A stretch of DNA of 64,000 bases, taken from a virus. The stretch covers positions 1 through 64,000 of the IMG/VR virus record IMGVR_UViG_3300035670_000099. One strand, 5' to 3'. Within the stretch, counting starts at the first letter, position 1. Every line of letters starts with the position of its first letter. Shown here piece by piece: positions 63,535 to 64,000 of this stretch. Made by a program: the position numbers and the translations under genes. The notes under the pieces are model-generated. The model ran no database searches and was not told where the DNA came from. It saw only the letters and a program-made list of their open reading frames with translations.

Positions 63535-63816
63535 ATGGAAATTATAACTAAATTTAATCCTATCCCAGACAAATATTCCTCTTTGGATAGACTCATGTGT
63601 CCACTAGAATTTAAACAAAAGTGGAAATTAACGATAGACGAGATGTCTTGGGTGCTGCAAATTAGTCCGGATACTTTTAAGTCTTGGGCTGTACCTGAGA
63701 CAAGTGCCAAAAGCAGAAAAACACCTTTAATTGCTTTTGTTGCTTGCAAAGCATTAGATACTCTTTGGGAAAAGCAAGGTATGCCCAACGTTAGAATTTT
63801 GATGAATTTGCATTAA
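63535..63816 (+). CDS. HTH DNA-binding protein
   Basis: AAGGAGG SD; PLEFKQKW.LT.DEMS.VL.IS.DT.KSW. Confidence 0.65.
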   Translation: MEIITKFNPIPDKYSSLDRLMCPLEFKQKWKLTIDEMSWVLQISPDTFKSWAVPETSAKSRKTPLIAFVACKALDTLWEKQGMPNVRILMNLH

Positions 63817-63968
63817 AAACTAATTTAATTACGAAACTGTGTACTTTGTCCGCATTATTTGTGTACAAAGTACACTTGCTTTATATATACTTTGTTTTTA
63901 TAGTTTAAGCATAGTTCCAGAAACATTCCAGAAATAGTTCGGAAGTAAGACGGAAGTAAGGAGGAAAA

Positions 63969-64000
63969 ATGGATACAGACATTTTGTATCCTGTTAAACA
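63969..64000 (+). CDS. Start of an ORF running off the window
   Basis: AAGGAGG SD then ATG (MDTDILYPVK...). Confidence 0.5.
   Translation, partial: MDTDILYPVK

Noticed and set aside
1-64000. tRNA/rRNA genes, integrase, photosynthesis auxiliary genes (psbA, hli, nblA), group I/II introns, stop-codon recoding
   Set aside because: None recognised by eye. Intergenic gaps are short, ORFs are intact in the standard code, and the nrdJ insertions are in-frame inteins. tRNAscan-SE and Infernal would be needed to exclude RNA genes formally.

Overview
This window is part of an AT-rich tailed dsDNA phage genome, most likely a large siphovirus-type cyanophage of a filamentous or freshwater cyanobacterium. 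The host is inferred from cyanobacterial-style DnaN, SSB, class II RNR with inteins, a SigF-like sigma factor and pentapeptide-repeat genes. About 1-10 kb holds small early or accessory genes driven by a repeated sigma70-type promoter cassette: three pentapeptide-repeat proteins, an orphan HigA-like antitoxin, a Dam-like methylase, ParB-N, two SSB-like genes and a degenerate DUF262 protein. About 10-24.5 kb covers nucleotide metabolism and replication: NrdJ with three inteins, a DnaQ-like exonuclease, an initiator, DnaB, ERF and DnaN. About 24.5-63 kb is a morphogenesis region scrambled over both strands: TerL, portal, head proteins, two pairs of duplicated tail-appendage genes, major capsid, neck genes, three tandem tail-tube paralogs, a frameshifted tail chaperone with no tape-measure gene behind it, an endolysin, an SF2 helicase and a lambda-like tail-tip set (K, two M paralogs, split J, I, L). 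The best candidates for new biology are: (i) a group-3 sigma factor fused to a complete IS1 InsA zinc-ribbon/HTH domain; (ii) two promoter-defined structured small RNAs at about 4113-4204 and 45579-45722; (iii) a tail built from multiple paralogs (3 tubes, 2 Dit/M, 2+2 appendages) that share a beta-rich domain also found in the chaperone; and (iv) an RNR whose catalytic 10-residue extein lies between two inteins. All product calls come from motif recognition by eye; no database searches were run.
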